From NCBI GenBank assembly GCA_963693365.1, contig CAVNZM010000007.1:8863962-8927961 (forward strand): a stretch of DNA of 64,000 nucleotides, read 5' to 3'. Positions within the stretch are counted from its first letter, which is position 1; the number at the start of each line of letters is the position of its first letter. This DNA comes from Amoebidium appalachense. Lineage: Eukaryota > Protista > Ichthyosporea. Below the pieces are notes generated by a model. It saw only the letters and a program-made list of their open reading frames with translations. It was not told where the DNA came from and made no database searches. Below, in pieces: positions 26,891-40,360 of this stretch. A program made the position numbers and the translations under genes.

Positions 26891-27466
26891 TCGATAGGAA
26901 GGTCATGGCAGGCCATGTTGAAATCATATAAATTAGCACTGGTAGTAAAAAACCAAGCTGTGTACATTTTAATTGAGCATCTGGAGGGGCTGCTGTATAG
27001 CTATATGATACCGGGCCACTATCATTAGGCAGGTATGTGTAATATAGATGTTAATAATTTTCTTGTAAAATTGTAAATAATAACTGGTGGCACGGCCTTC
27101 TGGATACATATAACAATGGATGTTTTATGGGGGTTTCGTGGGAATGCTGGCATACTTGAGAGAGAATACATAAGAGAACGAATAGGATGCTGATTCGGAG
27201 GGGGTACAAGAACTAGCAGAGTTTGTGGGTGCCTGGAACGGCAGGGGATTATAGTAGTGGGATAATTATATTGCGGAAAGCTGAACAGTGTAGCGTATAG
27301 ACGGCGGTGAACTTCTTGAACATGCCGGTATGAAGTCCATATGCGTGTACATGTATTAAAAGTAAATCAAGAGCGGTGCCAAAAGAACTTATTTAATAAA
27401 CAAAAAAAACAAAACTGAAGATAATCTGATAGAAAACACCTGACATTTACAAACCATGCACTCAAT

Positions 27467-29158
27467 TCAAGAGTTACGACCCATGTGCACGTATTTGTTA
27501 ACGAGGAACTCCTTCCTCCCCCCTACAGGGACCTTCACCGGGATGCAGTGGAAAATCCCCAATATAGACTCGACGTCAATAACGTCGTACCTCGGTCTTC
27601 GCTGCGCATTCGCACCAACCATCTCCCATGTCAGTCGGGGACAACGTGTGTGTTCGTCCAGATGTCTGCGCTCTGTGTAGTATCGAACGAAGGCACGATT
27701 CAGAAGCTTGTCCCCATGCTCTGAAGTGCAGGTGAAGAGAAGCACCACCTTTGCGTAGAAATGCACCTCATCGCCGTCCTCGTCTTCCCCCGCACCAATA
27801 ATGACGTCATCGTACCTATCCCGAGCACACAAACCCAAACCAAATATATATATATATAAATTCTCCATGTTTCAAACCCCCCCCCGGCCCATTACGCCTC
27901 CCCAATGTAAACCGGGTACTAATTTATTGCCCAGGGCCTCCCAAAGTTTGGTTGTGCTCCCATCAATCCCCTGCACGTTATTAACTGTTGCCAACCCCCA
28001 ACCCCCCCTTTTCCCTATGTATTATAGCGCATTTTGCCTAATATGGACGTACAACGGTTAATAACTTTCCCCACAGAAATGGGGAGACAGTCCGACCGGT
28101 TTTGTTAGACCCCCCACACAGAGACACTGCCTAATGCAAATTTTGGTTGTGCTCCCATCAATCCCCTGCACGTTATTAATCGTTGAATCCCCCCTTTTCC
28201 CCACGTATTATAGCGCATTTTGCCTAATATGGACGTACAACGGTTAATAACTTTCCCCACAGAAATGGGGAGACAGTCCGACCGGTTTTGTTAGCCCCCC
28301 ACACAGAGACACTGCCCTAAAATGCAAAGTTTGGTTGTGCTCCCATCAAACCCCTGCACGTTATTAACTGTTGAACCCCCCCTTTTCCCCACGTATTATA
28401 GCGCATTTTGCCTAATATGGACGTGCAACGGTTAATAACTTTCCCCACAGAAATAGGGGGACAATCCGACCGGTTTTGTTACATCACCCACACAGAGACA
28501 ATGCCTAATGGAAAGTTTGGTTGGGCCCCCATCCATCCCCTGCACGTTATTAACCGTGCAAATGTATCCAGCTTGTAGTATCCACCTTTGAAGGTGGTTC
28601 ACATGTCTACGGTGTAATAAAGATGTCCAAACATAGTCCATAAGACGCCTTATGTATATCCATGGGCCATTCCCCAAGACTGTAACAATACCATCCATAT
28701 TACTGTCGTAAAACGATATATCGTACGGTACAAACGGTCGTAAGACGATACATATTATCGTCGACATGTGGACTACGACATACAAACATGCTCGCAGGAT
28801 ATCGTAGATTTCACCATAATTTGGAGTACTAGTACTCACCTGCAAAATGAATGCATGCAGAGTTCTTGTTGGTCATATGATACGGCATCTTGCAGTAGTA
28901 TTTGTGAGCACGCTCCCAGCTCTCAGCTGACTCCACCGGGCCAAAGAGGCGATAGTCGTCAGAATAATGCACACCAGCATGGAATTTCGATGTTTTGAGT
29001 TCGTTCTTGGTGGAGTCCTTGAAGCACTCGTACGCAGCTTTGCCGAACCTGCGTTTTTTGTTGGTGATATTACTTTACAATATAATGCACTAGAGCGGCA
29101 CGGAGTCCATTACCAAATGGCGAAAGTTCTGCCATCGTTTCGTGTAGGATCTATACAC
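27467..29158 (-). pseudogene. Plavaka-type transposase, C-terminal exons (about 29158-28840 and 27820-27467)
   Basis: KFHAGVHYSDDYRLFGPVESAESWERAHKYYCKMPYHMTNK and RYDDV...YAKVVLLF...VIDVESILGIFHCIP match remembered Plavaka motifs. Stops are present and the N-terminal exons were not found. Confidence 0.8.
27940..28560. repeat. ~188-bp tandem repeat, ~3.3 copies, in the transposase intron
   Basis: tttggttg(t/g)gc(t/c)cccatc recurs near 27946, 28142, 28330 and 28516. Confidence 0.9.
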
Positions 29159-29219
29159 CTAGACACGTGCAGGGGGGGGGGGGGGGGTCGTAGTGGGGAA
29201 GGAGGGAAGACAGGGGGGG

Positions 29220-29265
<46 letters not shown>

Positions 29266-29409
29266 CGGCAGACACGTATGTTCTGTAACGCTCCTTCATC
29301 TCGTTGAGTGAGTCCTTTTTTATAATGTATTTCCGTTTATATATTTACACATAATCGCCACATGCATTTACCGGTGCGCCATGATAAACACATGGCCGGC
29401 TTATCATTG

Positions 29410-29445
<36 letters not shown>

Positions 29446-29571
29446 CACACACAGCATTCGATACCGTCCAATCTTGCTCTTCCCAAGGCATCCACATGCT
29501 CGCACACAATGCAGAAACATGCACTCACACACACGCACGCACACTGGCACACCGGGACACACACACACACC

Positions 29572-29617
<46 letters not shown>

Positions 29618-29820
29618 ACACACACACAAACACACAACACACACACACACACATACAGAGAGACACACACACATATGCACACACACGGTGCATTTCCTCC
29701 CCTCCCATTCCCTCTCCACAGAGCACACACACACACACACGTGCACACATGCACACACATGGTGCATCCCCCCCCCCCCCCCCTTCCCTCTCAACCGAGC
29801 ACATATACACATACATACAT

Positions 29821-29853
<33 letters not shown>

Positions 29854-30594
29854 ATGCACACATGCACACATGCACGGACACGAATCCCCCCTTCCCCTTC
29901 CCTCTCCACCGAGCACATGCACACATGCACAGACATGCACACACACGCACACACCACACACGACGCACACAGACATGCACACACACACACAAACACACAA
30001 CACACACACACACATACACACAGACACACACACACACACACACACACATACATGCACACACACGGTGCATTTCCCCCCTCCCCTTCCCTCTCCACAGAGC
30101 ACACACACTACACACGTGCACACACGCACACACACGGTGCATCCCCCCTCTCCCCCCCCTGCCCTTTCAACTGAGCACATACACACACACAGACATGCAC
30201 ACACACACAACATACACAGACATCCACACATCAGACACAGACACGCATACACACACACACACAGGCACACACACACACATGCACATATGCACACACAGAC
30301 ACACACACATGCACATGCACACTCACATATGCACACACACACACACACGCAAACACACACACACACACACACATACAGATATGCACACACACACACTGTC
30401 TCTCTCTCTTTTCTCCCTCCCTCCCCACCCCTCCCCTCCCCCCCTCCCCCCCTCCCTCCCTCCCTCCCAACCATCCCTCCCTCCCTCCCTCCGTCCCTCC
30501 CTCCGTCCCTCCCTCCCCCCTCCCTCCCTCCCTCCCAACCATCCCTCCCTCCCCTCCCCCCGTCCCTCCCTTCCCTCCGTCCCTCCCTCCCTCC

Positions 30595-30651
<57 letters not shown>

Positions 30652-30667
30652 ATGCACATGCACATGC

Positions 30668-31078
30668 ACCCCTTGTAGCATAGAACCCCCTTTGTAGCAT
30701 AGAATATGTACATATGTTACCTAGACATTATTGGTTTTTCAATAACTACCCACAGAATAGCCTCTAGCACGAGAAATTTACCACACAGTTTATGGGGGGG
30801 ATGGGGAATGTGCCCCTGGAGTACGAGGGTCACACGAAAAAAACACAACGTTGTAGCTCGAATAGAACCCCCCTTGTAGCATAGTATATGTACATGCGTT
30901 GCTTACACATTATTGGTTTTTTCAATAACTACCCACAGAACAGCTTCTAGCACGAGAAAGTTACCACACAGTTTATGGGGGGGATGGGGAATGTGCCCCT
31001 GGAGTGCGAGGGTCACACGAAAAAAAACACAACGTTGTAGCTCGTATAGAACCCCCCTTGTAGCATAGTATATGTACA
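30668..31078. repeat. 182-bp satellite units (continue at 36498-36670), reverse complement of the 57092-59290 array
   Basis: ccccttgtagcatag...cattattggtttttcaataactacccacagaa. Confidence 0.9.
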
Positions 31079-31745
31079 TCTATGAAAACTACTCCGGGAC
31101 GTGTGTTGCCTCTAGGGGGACATCCCCTTGGACGAAAGTGAACCATTGCAGCCACGGCAGGCCCCCAGTCATCAATTTATTGATCCGTGAGGTCCTTGTG
31201 CCCAAAAAACGGGGGAAGTCTTCGCCCCGTGAAAAAAACAGCACGTATGTGGGGATCAATGGGGGTTGAGTGTAGGGTGTAGGTGGGTGGGTGAAAAAGA
31301 AAATATAGCTGTAAAGCTGTAGGTGCTAAACACAGAAGATGTGTTGTTGCCTGCTGATCTGCTAAAAACTGTCGTGCTTATATACCTACGGCTACCGAAC
31401 TGAGCCAATCAAAACCGATCTAGTGTTATGTGAAATCTTATCCTGAGCCAATCAGACTCGGTCTAGTGATCTGTGGAATCTGATGTTTTGATCGGCTAAT
31501 AGGTGCCCGTATGCGGGCAGCCGAACGCGAACTGCTAAAACATGAAACAAAGCCTGTTGATATCGGACACCCATCCTACGTGTTTACCCAGAAAAATATT
31601 TATGTCAATAATTTCCACAAATAAAACCTCTATGAAAACTACTCCGGGACGTGTGTTGCCTCTAGGGGGACATCCCCTTGGACGAAAGTGAACCTGCAAT
31701 GGTTGTAAACCACGGCACGAGAGCAGCATGCTTGCTCCAAAGGTT

Positions 31746-32777
31746 TCACTTAAGAATAGAGGCGAATACACGTGTGGTAGTGGCAGCAATGGAGGCCGGA
31801 CGAAGTCGTGTATAGATCAGGAAACAGTCGGAGGACCACCTGCCGAGTTGTTTGATCCGGGAGTCGTCGACCCCGGCCTCAGCCAGTGCTGTGGCCCCCC
31901 CGATGCGGAGGCTGTGTCCGGCAAACCGGGAGGGTGAGAGGCCTGCCCGGGAGAGGAGGGCACGGAAGTCGGCAGAGAAAGCACTCTTGGTGTAGGGGAT
32001 GCCACCGAGACTGAAGAGGGGGTCGTCGGGTTGACCGGACGTTGTATGCAGGAACTGCCGGAGGAGATGGGCTGGGGAGAAATGGGTGAGGGGCAGGGCA
32101 GCTAGAGTGACGTTGACACCTCGGGCCTGTACATCCGTCTTAGAGGTTGGCAGGTGGAGGGTGGCATGGGACAAAGTACCGGTGGGGGTGTAGGTGAAGG
32201 TCACGTCTTTCCGTTTAACGTGACGGGACGGGTTGAAAGAAGTCAGGGTCTTGGAGGTAAATTCCCCTGAACGGAGGAGACCACAGAAACCGACGATGAG
32301 GGCTGTCCATAGCCGGAGATTGGCCGAGGAGGCCTTTGTGGGGCACTGGCCATGAAGTAGGCTGAGGTGGGAGGGCAGGAGGGGTTCCCTGGTTGATGAG
32401 CGGGGTCGGATGTTGTGAGAAAGCTGCCATCTGCCCACCCCCCGTAGGAACCAGGCCAGAGACTTGTCGTGGGGGTAGGGAGCAGGGAGGCCCATGTCGA
32501 GGTGGAGCCTGGTGATGGCCGAATTGTAGCCGGTTAAGGAAGAGGCCTGTACCCCTCGTTGGGCACACCAGGCGAGAAAAAGTTGCACGGTGTGTGGGGA
32601 GGCCGGGAGGGAGGACCCGGAGGGGGATTGCAGCCGAGATGCCACACAGAAATCGATGAACACTTTCTGCACCCGGGAGTAAAAGGCCCGAGAGTCGAGG
32701 TTGAGACTCAGGGCCTGGCATTCCTGCAGGGTAGTGGTGGCTCGAAGCAGCTCGGCCGGAGCAAAGTGGGGGGCCAA
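31746..32777 (-). CDS. Tyrosine recombinase of the Ngaro element
   Basis: GLLRSGE, SKTD, GHSLRIGGAT, LGRWSS..FLIY (R-K-H-R-W-Y). Confidence 0.95.
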   Translation of the reverse strand: MAPHFAPAELLRATTTLQECQALSLNLDSRAFYSRVQKVFIDFCVASRLQSPSGSSLPASPHTVQLFLAWCAQRGVQASSLTGYNSAITRLHLDMGLPAPYPHDKSLAWFLRGVGRWQLSHNIRPRSSTREPLLPSHLSLLHGQCPTKASSANLRLWTALIVGFCGLLRSGEFTSKTLTSFNPSRHVKRKDVTFTYTPTGTLSHATLHLPTSKTDVQARGVNVTLAALPLTHFSPAHLLRQFLHTTSGQPDDPLFSLGGIPYTKSAFSADFRALLSRAGLSPSRFAGHSLRIGGATALAEAGVDDSRIKQLGRWSSDCFLIYTRLRPASIAATTTRVFASILK

Positions 32778-32828
32778 TCTGCCAGCGTTGCTCCGGAACG
32801 GGAGATCTGGGGGGGGGGGGGGGGGGGG

Positions 32829-34400
32829 TTAGCCCAAGGGAAGGGATAGGAACTCGTGGACCCAGGAGGGGAAGGGGCAGGGCTCCGGTTGCAGGGAAGG
32901 TCGGAGTCGTCGGGCCCGGGGAAGTTGGTTACGAGAAATGGCATCGGCCAGATGGTTGAGGGGTCCTGGTAGGTAGGATGCCTGTAACGTAAATTGGTAT
33001 TGCATTTCCATGCGGGTGATGAACCGAATAAGTTTGGCCATCACGGGGTGGGGGGAAGACCGGGAGTGTAGGTCAGACACAGCACCCGTGTTGTCGCATA
33101 AAATACGGACATGGTGGGTGGACCAGGAGGGGGCCCAGAGGGCCACGGCGGCTGCGATGGCCAGGAGTTCAATGACGGAAGAACCGAGTTTACCCTCATG
33201 AGCATAGAGGGCTTGGGTGGAGGGGGACCAGGGCATGAAGAACCATTGGTCGAGCCAGTGGCCTCCTAGACCCACCGATCCGGCAGCATCGGTGGCCAGG
33301 GTGGTGTATGTGGGGGGTGTGATGAGGTGCACCCCATTCCATGATGTGAGGAACTGGTGCCATTCGGCTATGTCGGCCCGGGCGGCAGCAGTCAGTCGTA
33401 TGTGGTGGTGGCCGGCAAGGTGTGGGTGGGTCCGGAGAAGGGCCCATAGGCGCTGGGAGAAGGCCCTCCCGGGGGGAACCAGCTGGGCACACCAGGTGAG
33501 TTTGCCGAGGAGGGACTGGAGGTCCCGAATGGTGATGGTGGGCTTTGGGTGGGAAGTGAGGTCGAGTAGGTCCGAGAGCTTGGACGCCGGGATTCGTGCC
33601 TCCATGGTGATGGAGTCGAATTCGATACCGATGAAGACGACACGGGTAGCCGGGCCCTGCATCTTGTCTTCGGAGATGGCAATGTGCAGCTCTCGGCAGA
33701 GTTGCAGGAAGGTGGATAGGTGACGTTGGCACTGCTCTTGTGTGGGGGCGACTATAATCCAGTCGTCTACGTAGTGGCGGATGAGGGTAATACCGTGCTG
33801 GTGTGCCAGCCACTGTAGGGTGGCCGCGATCCGTTCCCAGATGGCTGGGCTAGATTTCAGGCCGAAGGGCAGTCTGGTTTCAACGTAAAAATGCCCCAAC
33901 CATTTGAATGCCATTAAGTGATGGTCTTCTGGTCGGATGGGCATGTGCCGGAAGGCAGCCTGTACATCTGCCACGGCCATGTAGCAGCCGGGGCCTGCGT
34001 CGAGAATGAGCTGGGTGACGTCCCGGGCGCGAATGTACTGAAGTTCGTCGGGGTAGGTGATGCTGTCATTGACACTGCTACCCCGGGGCCAGGAGAGGTG
34101 GTGGATTCGACGGTACTTGGGGGGGTTCCCTTTCTTGGTAACGGCGCCGATGGGGGAGGAACGGTGGACCGGAAATTCGTCAAAGAATTGGGCCGGGGAG
34201 AGGGGGCCGCGCAGGTGGCCGAGGGCGACTTCTTTGGCAATATCCGCCGTGATAGCGGAAGCTGCCTCCGGGGTGGTGGGTAGGTTGGGGCCCACCCGAG
34301 AGGTGGAGGGCCCGCGATAGCCGATGTCGACACCGAATTCGACATCGTGGAGGAGTTGTGCGGCGAATGATTGGTCTGGGTAGGAGGCCAGCAGTTCCCG
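32829..34400 (-). CDS. RT/RNase H of the Ngaro element (true start uncertain)
   Basis: RRIHHLSWP, DVQAAFR, LPFGLKSSP, YVDDW, TDAAG, IELLAI, CDN, NHLADAISR. Confidence 0.93.
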   Translation of the reverse strand, partial: RELLASYPDQSFAAQLLHDVEFGVDIGYRGPSTSRVGPNLPTTPEAASAITADIAKEVALGHLRGPLSPAQFFDEFPVHRSSPIGAVTKKGNPPKYRRIHHLSWPRGSSVNDSITYPDELQYIRARDVTQLILDAGPGCYMAVADVQAAFRHMPIRPEDHHLMAFKWLGHFYVETRLPFGLKSSPAIWERIAATLQWLAHQHGITLIRHYVDDWIIVAPTQEQCQRHLSTFLQLCRELHIAISEDKMQGPATRVVFIGIEFDSITMEARIPASKLSDLLDLTSHPKPTITIRDLQSLLGKLTWCAQLVPPGRAFSQRLWALLRTHPHLAGHHHIRLTAAARADIAEWHQFLTSWNGVHLITPPTYTTLATDAAGSVGLGGHWLDQWFFMPWSPSTQALYAHEGKLGSSVIELLAIAAAVALWAPSWSTHHVRILCDNTGAVSDLHSRSSPHPVMAKLIRFITRMEMQYQFTLQASYLPGPLNHLADAISRNQLPRARRLRPSLQPEPCPFPSWVHEFLSLPLG

Positions 34401-34511
34401 GAGGCGGGAGGTGTCAATGCGGTGCTGGGGCAGCGGGCGGGCCTCCGGGTCTGAGCCTCGGGGGAAGGGGTGGTTAGCAAGGGTGGGGCACCCTCGGGGA
34501 GATCCCGGCAG

Positions 34512-34564
<53 letters not shown>

Positions 34565-34958
34565 CAGGGCCCCGGGGGGGTTAGGGTAGGGCAGCTGGGC
34601 CCGAGTGAAGGTTGGCAGGGAGGGCAGCGGGGCCCTGTGCAGGGGAATGTGCCCGAGCACGCGGGGGTGTGGGCGGACACAGAGGTAGAAGAAGGGGGGG
34701 GGAGGGAGTGCTAGGTGAGTGTAAGGGGGGGGGAGGCTCGTGGGATGGGGGGGGGGGAGTAAAATTATGTGCAGTGGCCAGAATAAACGTCTTTGTGTAG
34801 GGACATTTATTCTTGACGCGCGCGGGCGCCGTAGTTTGGCCTGCGAAATTTTGTACTCAGCCCTATGGGCCCGTTCTCCCGAGCTCCGTTTCCCTGTACT
34901 CGTGTGTCCTAGCTCCTAACCCCTATGTTCTAGCTGTGTGTGTGGGTGTGCGCGTAGA

Positions 34959-36131
34959 CTAGGCATTGTGTTTGCAGTCTTTGCGGGGGTGTGTGCCAGA
35001 GCAGAGCGGGCACACGTGGGAGAAGGGGCAGGGCTGCTTAGCGCAGGACCGACCGTTAATGTGGAAATTCCTGCAGTGGGTCGCGGGTAGATCCACGGGT
35101 CGGGCCGGTTTTGCCGGGCCGGGGTGCGGGCCAGGGCGGTTAGGGGTTTGACCCCCGCCGGGCTTGTGGGGCGGCTTAAAGCCGTCAAGACCACAGCCGG
35201 GCTTGGGGTACATGGGGCAGGCCGCGCTGGGGTGGTCAGGGAAGCCACAGCGCTGACATGCGTCCGGGATGAGCAGAGTGGGTGGCAAGAGGAGATCCTG
35301 GTGGAGTTGGGCGAGCAGGTTGGGACACTCGATCGGAGCCCGACCCTGCTGGTGGGCAACGGTTCGGGCGTATACGTCATAGTTGTGGATCTGGGCCCAC
35401 GGGTATCGGGTGCTGAGGCGAGTGATGTGCTGAGTCCAAAGTACGTCTTTGTCCGTGGGGAGGCCGAGGTGGTGCTTGGCGGCCATGTAATGGGTCCAAG
35501 CCTGGATCCAAATGACGAGTGAACGCAGGGGAACGGGTTTGTCTTGGCGAAAAGTCTCGATGCTGCCGTCTTTGGCCATGCGCAGATGCTGACCTTTCTT
35601 GGATGGGGCCAGGAGGGCGGCGGGGGGTGAACTTATACAGGTCGACGAAACGATTGGCGCGCAAATCTGCCAGCACATCCGCGGGGGGAAGCGGGGAGTG
35701 TGCCCGGCTGAATGTCGCCAGTGTTCTCACCTGTGATGGGGGGCGCGGGCAGGGCAGGTAGGTCTAGGTCAGGGCCGAGATGCAGCCCCGGGGAAACCTC
35801 CCCGGGTGCGGAGGGCGCGGCGGGGGGCGCGGGAGGGTCGCGGTTGGTGAGAGCAGCCAGGACGCCAGCCATCTGGGTGCTGATGGCGGTAAGGGCGGCA
35901 AGGACGGCGTCTTGAGAAGTCATCTGCGGGGACGGCGGGGCCTGAGGGGGGGACTTCAGGAGGGGAGGGGAGACTAGCCGGCGGGTCCGGGTCCGAGGTG
36001 GTCTGGGCCGCTGGAGGCGCGTCAGTGTCCGCGGGAGCGTTGGTCAGCCTGTGGCGGAGGTCGCTGCGGGTCAGGCGCTTGGGTGCCGCGGCAGGGGCGG
36101 TGGCTGAGGCCTGGCGCTTTTTCGGCGGCAT
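34959..36131 (-). pseudogene. Ngaro gag-like ORF1 with C-terminal Cys/His fingers (frameshifted)
   Basis: WIQAW, YDVYAR, CQRCGFPDH, CRNFH..C..C.FSHVCPLCSGTH; spread over several frames. Confidence 0.8.
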
Positions 36132-37906
36132 GCTGACCGGCGTACGGAAAGATAGGGAGAGTGAAAAGAAAATATAGCTGTAAAGCTGTAGGTGCTAAAC
36201 ACAGAAGATGTGTTGTTGCCTGCTGATCTGCTAAAAACTGTCGTGCTTATATACCTACGGCTACCGAACTGAGCCAATCAAAACCGATCTAGTGTTATGT
36301 GAAATCTTATCCTGAGCCAATCAGACTCGGTCTAGTGATCTGTGGAATCTGATGTTTTGATCGGCTAATAGGTGCCCGTATGCGGGCAGCCGAACGCGAA
36401 CTGCTAAAACATGAAACAAAGCCTGTTGATATCGGACACCCATCCTACGTGTTTACCCAGAAAAATATTTATGTCAATAATTTCCACAAATAAAACCTAT
36501 GTTACTTGCACATTATTGGTTTTTTCAATAACTACCCACAGAACAGCTTCTGGCACGAGAAATTTACCACAAAGTTTATGGGGGGGATGGTGAGTGTGCC
36601 TCTGGAGTACGAGGGTCACCCGAAAAAAACACAACATTGTAGCCCGGATTGAAACCCCCTTTGTACCATATACATCATATATCAGGCAGCATGTGTTACT
36701 TTCGCGTTATTGGTTTCCTGGCACGAGATATTCAGCACACAGTTGGGGTTGTGGGGGCAGTGTACACCTACAATATCAGGGGTACCGCGTGGCAAAAACA
36801 CCCCCCCAGGGGGGGGGGGGGGGGGTCACGCGTGCGATGGTGCACTAGTTATTACGTCAACTAGGCAGGGTATAGCATCAACGTTATTATATGTGCTGCT
36901 GAGTTTCTTTGGTTGTACACCCGTCACCAGTCAATTTATTGGTGTTGGCGCCCACCTATGACACCACCTCGGAAGACTGGGGTCACGTGGAGGACACGTA
37001 ACTATAGTCTGATAGTTGTGACTAAGGGCACCGCTAAGGGCACCAAGCTGATGCACGCGCGCGCGCGAGCCGAAATCTATTTTTATCTTTTCCCTAATCA
37101 GGCGCGGCGGTTACTAAACCGAACTATAGCAAATAGCAAATAGTGATTGGCTAAACCCAATCCGGTTTGCAATTTTTTGTCCGTTTAAGCCTGTACGCAC
37201 GTTGTTTGCTCCATTTCTTTTCCCCCTTCCCGCAGGTCCGCAGTTCCGCAGGTCCCTTCCCGCAGGTCGCCTGGTCGCAGTTCCCTTCCCGCAGGTCGCT
37301 GGTCACAGGTCCCCTCCGCAGGTCGCGCTTTCGACCATGCTGCATGCTGAAGCATCTTCGCCTAACGGCTGAAAGGCCGTTTGAAGGTTAGTTTTGTGTT
37401 GCCTGCTTTTGTGCATATGGCGTTTGTCTGTCTGGTCTGTGTCCGTGCCTGTGATTATATCTGTGTCTGTGTCTGTGTCTGTGTGCGTGTGTGTTTATGT
37501 GTGTGTGTGTGCGTGCGTGTGCGTGTGTTCTGCTGGCTGCAGATGCACGTTGCCTTTTCACGTTCATGAACCAGCGACTGTGGGCACTACTTTTCCTGTT
37601 AGCACTATAGCTATCATCCCCTCCACCAGTCGTTCAAGCTATTTTCTGCTTCTCTAGACTTCATAAGTTTGTGCTTTTGTCTTTCAGCACAACGTACGCG
37701 TGTTTCACATGTTAGCATTTAGTGTTATTCATTCATTCTAACCCCCCCCCCCCCCCCCCCAAACACACACACACACTCACTCACTCACTTCCCCACCCAC
37801 ACATACAAAAAAACACACACACCAAAAGCCCCTCCCATCCCCCCCTCCCCCCCCTCCCCCCCCCCTTCCAAAAAACTGTCAAATGCCTCCATGCCCACCA
37901 ACACAG

Positions 37907-38332
37907 ATGTTCCAGGTTGCCCCTGTCAATGCCGCCGACCCCGACAAGTTGGCAGACCAGGTTGGGTGCCGCAAGAAGACGTGGGAGGGGTGGTTGGTGG
38001 AGGTTCAAGTTGAGTGCAACAACCATCCCTGTGGCCACATGTACAGCGTCGATCCGGTGAGGGGCAACCCATGGGGCAACTCCGCCCTTCACCGCATCAT
38101 GTGCATGTCCCCCATCAACGGCTCCTACATCAAGAACCGCCTCAGCAGCTTCAAGACACTAAACGTTTGTGCCCATTCCCCCCTCCCTCCCCCCCCCCCC
38201 CCCCCCACACACACACACCACACCCCAATCAAAGACGAAATCTTCTCATGCTGCTTTTTTTAACATGCTTATTCATGTTTAATGTTGTTGTTCTTCCTTA
38301 TTGGTTCATTCTTAATGCACTGTGACCCCCCC

Positions 38333-38365
<33 letters not shown>

Positions 38366-38816
38366 ACTCCCACTCCCTCCCTCCCACCTCCCCCTGTTGT
38401 CCCACGTACGAATCACCAACACATAACCACACAAGACATCAAATCCTTATCACTCAGAGAAACGGTACATGCATGGTTATCCAGTATCCATTCAGCTTCC
38501 CACTTCCTCAAGTCATTTCAGATTTTTCATTGTCGAATTCGGTTTTATTTGCTGCTAATGGAGAATACCCCCTTTCCTCATCACCACATACACACATGCT
38601 TACGTGTACGTACACGCAACACACACACCCACACCCACACAGGAGTTTCAAAAGGCGTTGCCCGAGCTCTTCAGCTTCATGCTCCACACATTTGAGTGCG
38701 GACTGCGGGATCCAATGGCCCACAAGTCTGCCACTCAGATTTCGTGGTCAGCTGTGAAGTATGGAGCTGACATGCCTGACTACGAGGGTGGTGCTCGGCC
38801 ATCAGAGATCAGCAAG
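37907..38816 (+). CDS. Two phase-0 exons (37907-38164, 38643-38816) of an unidentified protein inside CMC element #1
   Basis: AG/GT-bounded, 258 and 174 nt, stop-free, GC3-rich codons. Confidence 0.6.
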
Positions 38817-40360
38817 GTAAACAACTACCCCCCCCCCCCCCCCTTGCGTCCTCCCTGGGGATGGGCTCTGCTTATGACGCATACTGTGCACATGGCTGAT
38901 GTTGCGTGCTTGAATGTTTGCCTTTGCATGTGTCCTGCACCATGCTTCTCATCGTGTATGCGTATTTCGTACCGTATTCTGCATTCAAACCCCCCCCCCC
39001 CCCCCCCCCCCCATCATTGTGTTTTAGCTCCCGTCCGAAAGACAACGTATGGATATCGAAATGATGATATTGATAAGTCGTATGTATGGGTTACGTGTCA
39101 TCGTAGTGTTTTAGGATATCTCCTAAGCATGGGCAAGTATCATCCTATCATGTCATCTTTAGGTTTGGTATGGTAACATTGTGATAGCATTTTTCCCAGG
39201 TACATACATGCTCAGGCTAGCCAGAAAAGTTAAAAACACTCACACAATCTCCTTCTGTCCCAACCCAGTATGCAAAGACCTGGGAAAAGATCTGCAAGGT
39301 CCGGGAGAAGGCAGTCCTCAGCCTGTCAGCAGAAAGGCGATGTGGGTGGGAGGGTTGAGGATGATTAGAATGAGGAGGAATAGGGAAAGACCCCCCCCCC
39401 CCCCCCCCCCACGGAGGAAAAAAAAAAGAATTAATACTTAGTTTATGTCTCTTTTGGTGTAGTCCCGGCCTCTGCAGGGGGGAGATAGGGGGGAGATGTA
39501 GACTTCGTATTTTATTTGTGTGATGATGTTTGTTTTGTTTTGTTTGTTTGTTTGTTGGTTTGTTTAGTTTGTTCGGTGAAAGCTGGACTCCTGTGGAGTC
39601 TAACAGAGTGAAATTGTCTCTACTCCTGTGGAGTGAGACTTAGAAATTTTTAAACATGAACAACTTGTGCGGTCTCTGCTCCAGTGGAGCGAGACATAAA
39701 GGAACAACAGTCTTAATGGTATCTCGTGTACAAATTGTGAAAAAGTTAGAAAGGTAAGAAGGAAGGGGGGGGGGGGGGGGGGAGGGAGGGAGGGGAGGGA
39801 GGGAGGGGGGGGAGGGAGGGAGGGGGGGGGGGGAGGGGAGGGAGGGGGGGCACAACGGTGGTGGTTACTTTTCGTATTATGATATTACGACAGCTCGTAA
39901 TCGTATATTACGATATTCCGTAATATTGTATTTAGTTAGTCATGGTATACTCGTAACATATTATTTGGCTATGCATAGGATATCTTATGGATGGGCAAAG
40001 AGCTGTCGTAATGATGTATACACGACATGCTATGTATATACATACGAGTGGTGTACGGGCTCTTATGGAAATGTCTACGACGGTAATATGGGGGTCGTAA
40101 TGTACCCCAGGACCAGCCATATGTATATCATATGTATATGGTTGGTAATTATTCGTAAAATACATCGATATATATCATATGTCATGGGTTACGATGGTAT
40201 TAAGCCGCTCCTAAACATATACTCAAGATATCCAACGGGATGGGTTTGGATACTCGGATGGTGAAGATTACGATGGGTTTCCGACCCCTCGTAACGCTCT
40301 CGTATGTATGTTCTATGTATAGTCGTATGTATATACATAGGTTATACATTGGATATACAT

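Larger units (their letters stand above)
31079..36497 (-). mobile_element. Ngaro-type tyrosine-recombinase retrotransposon with split direct repeats
   Basis: Repeat A at ~36161-36497 and ~31292-31628, repeat B at 31629-31694 and 31079-31144, giving A1-ORFs-B1-A2-B2 on the - strand. Encodes gag, RT/RH and YR. No TSD. Confidence 0.93.

Noticed and set aside
29337-30713. Long His/Thr- or Cys/Val-rich ORFs (also 15940-19900, 56070-56755, 59186-59595)
   Set aside because: Translations of (CA)n/(GT)n and homopolymer tracts
39180-39760. Possible small exons in the right part of CMC element #1
   Set aside because: Too short, and the strand is ambiguous
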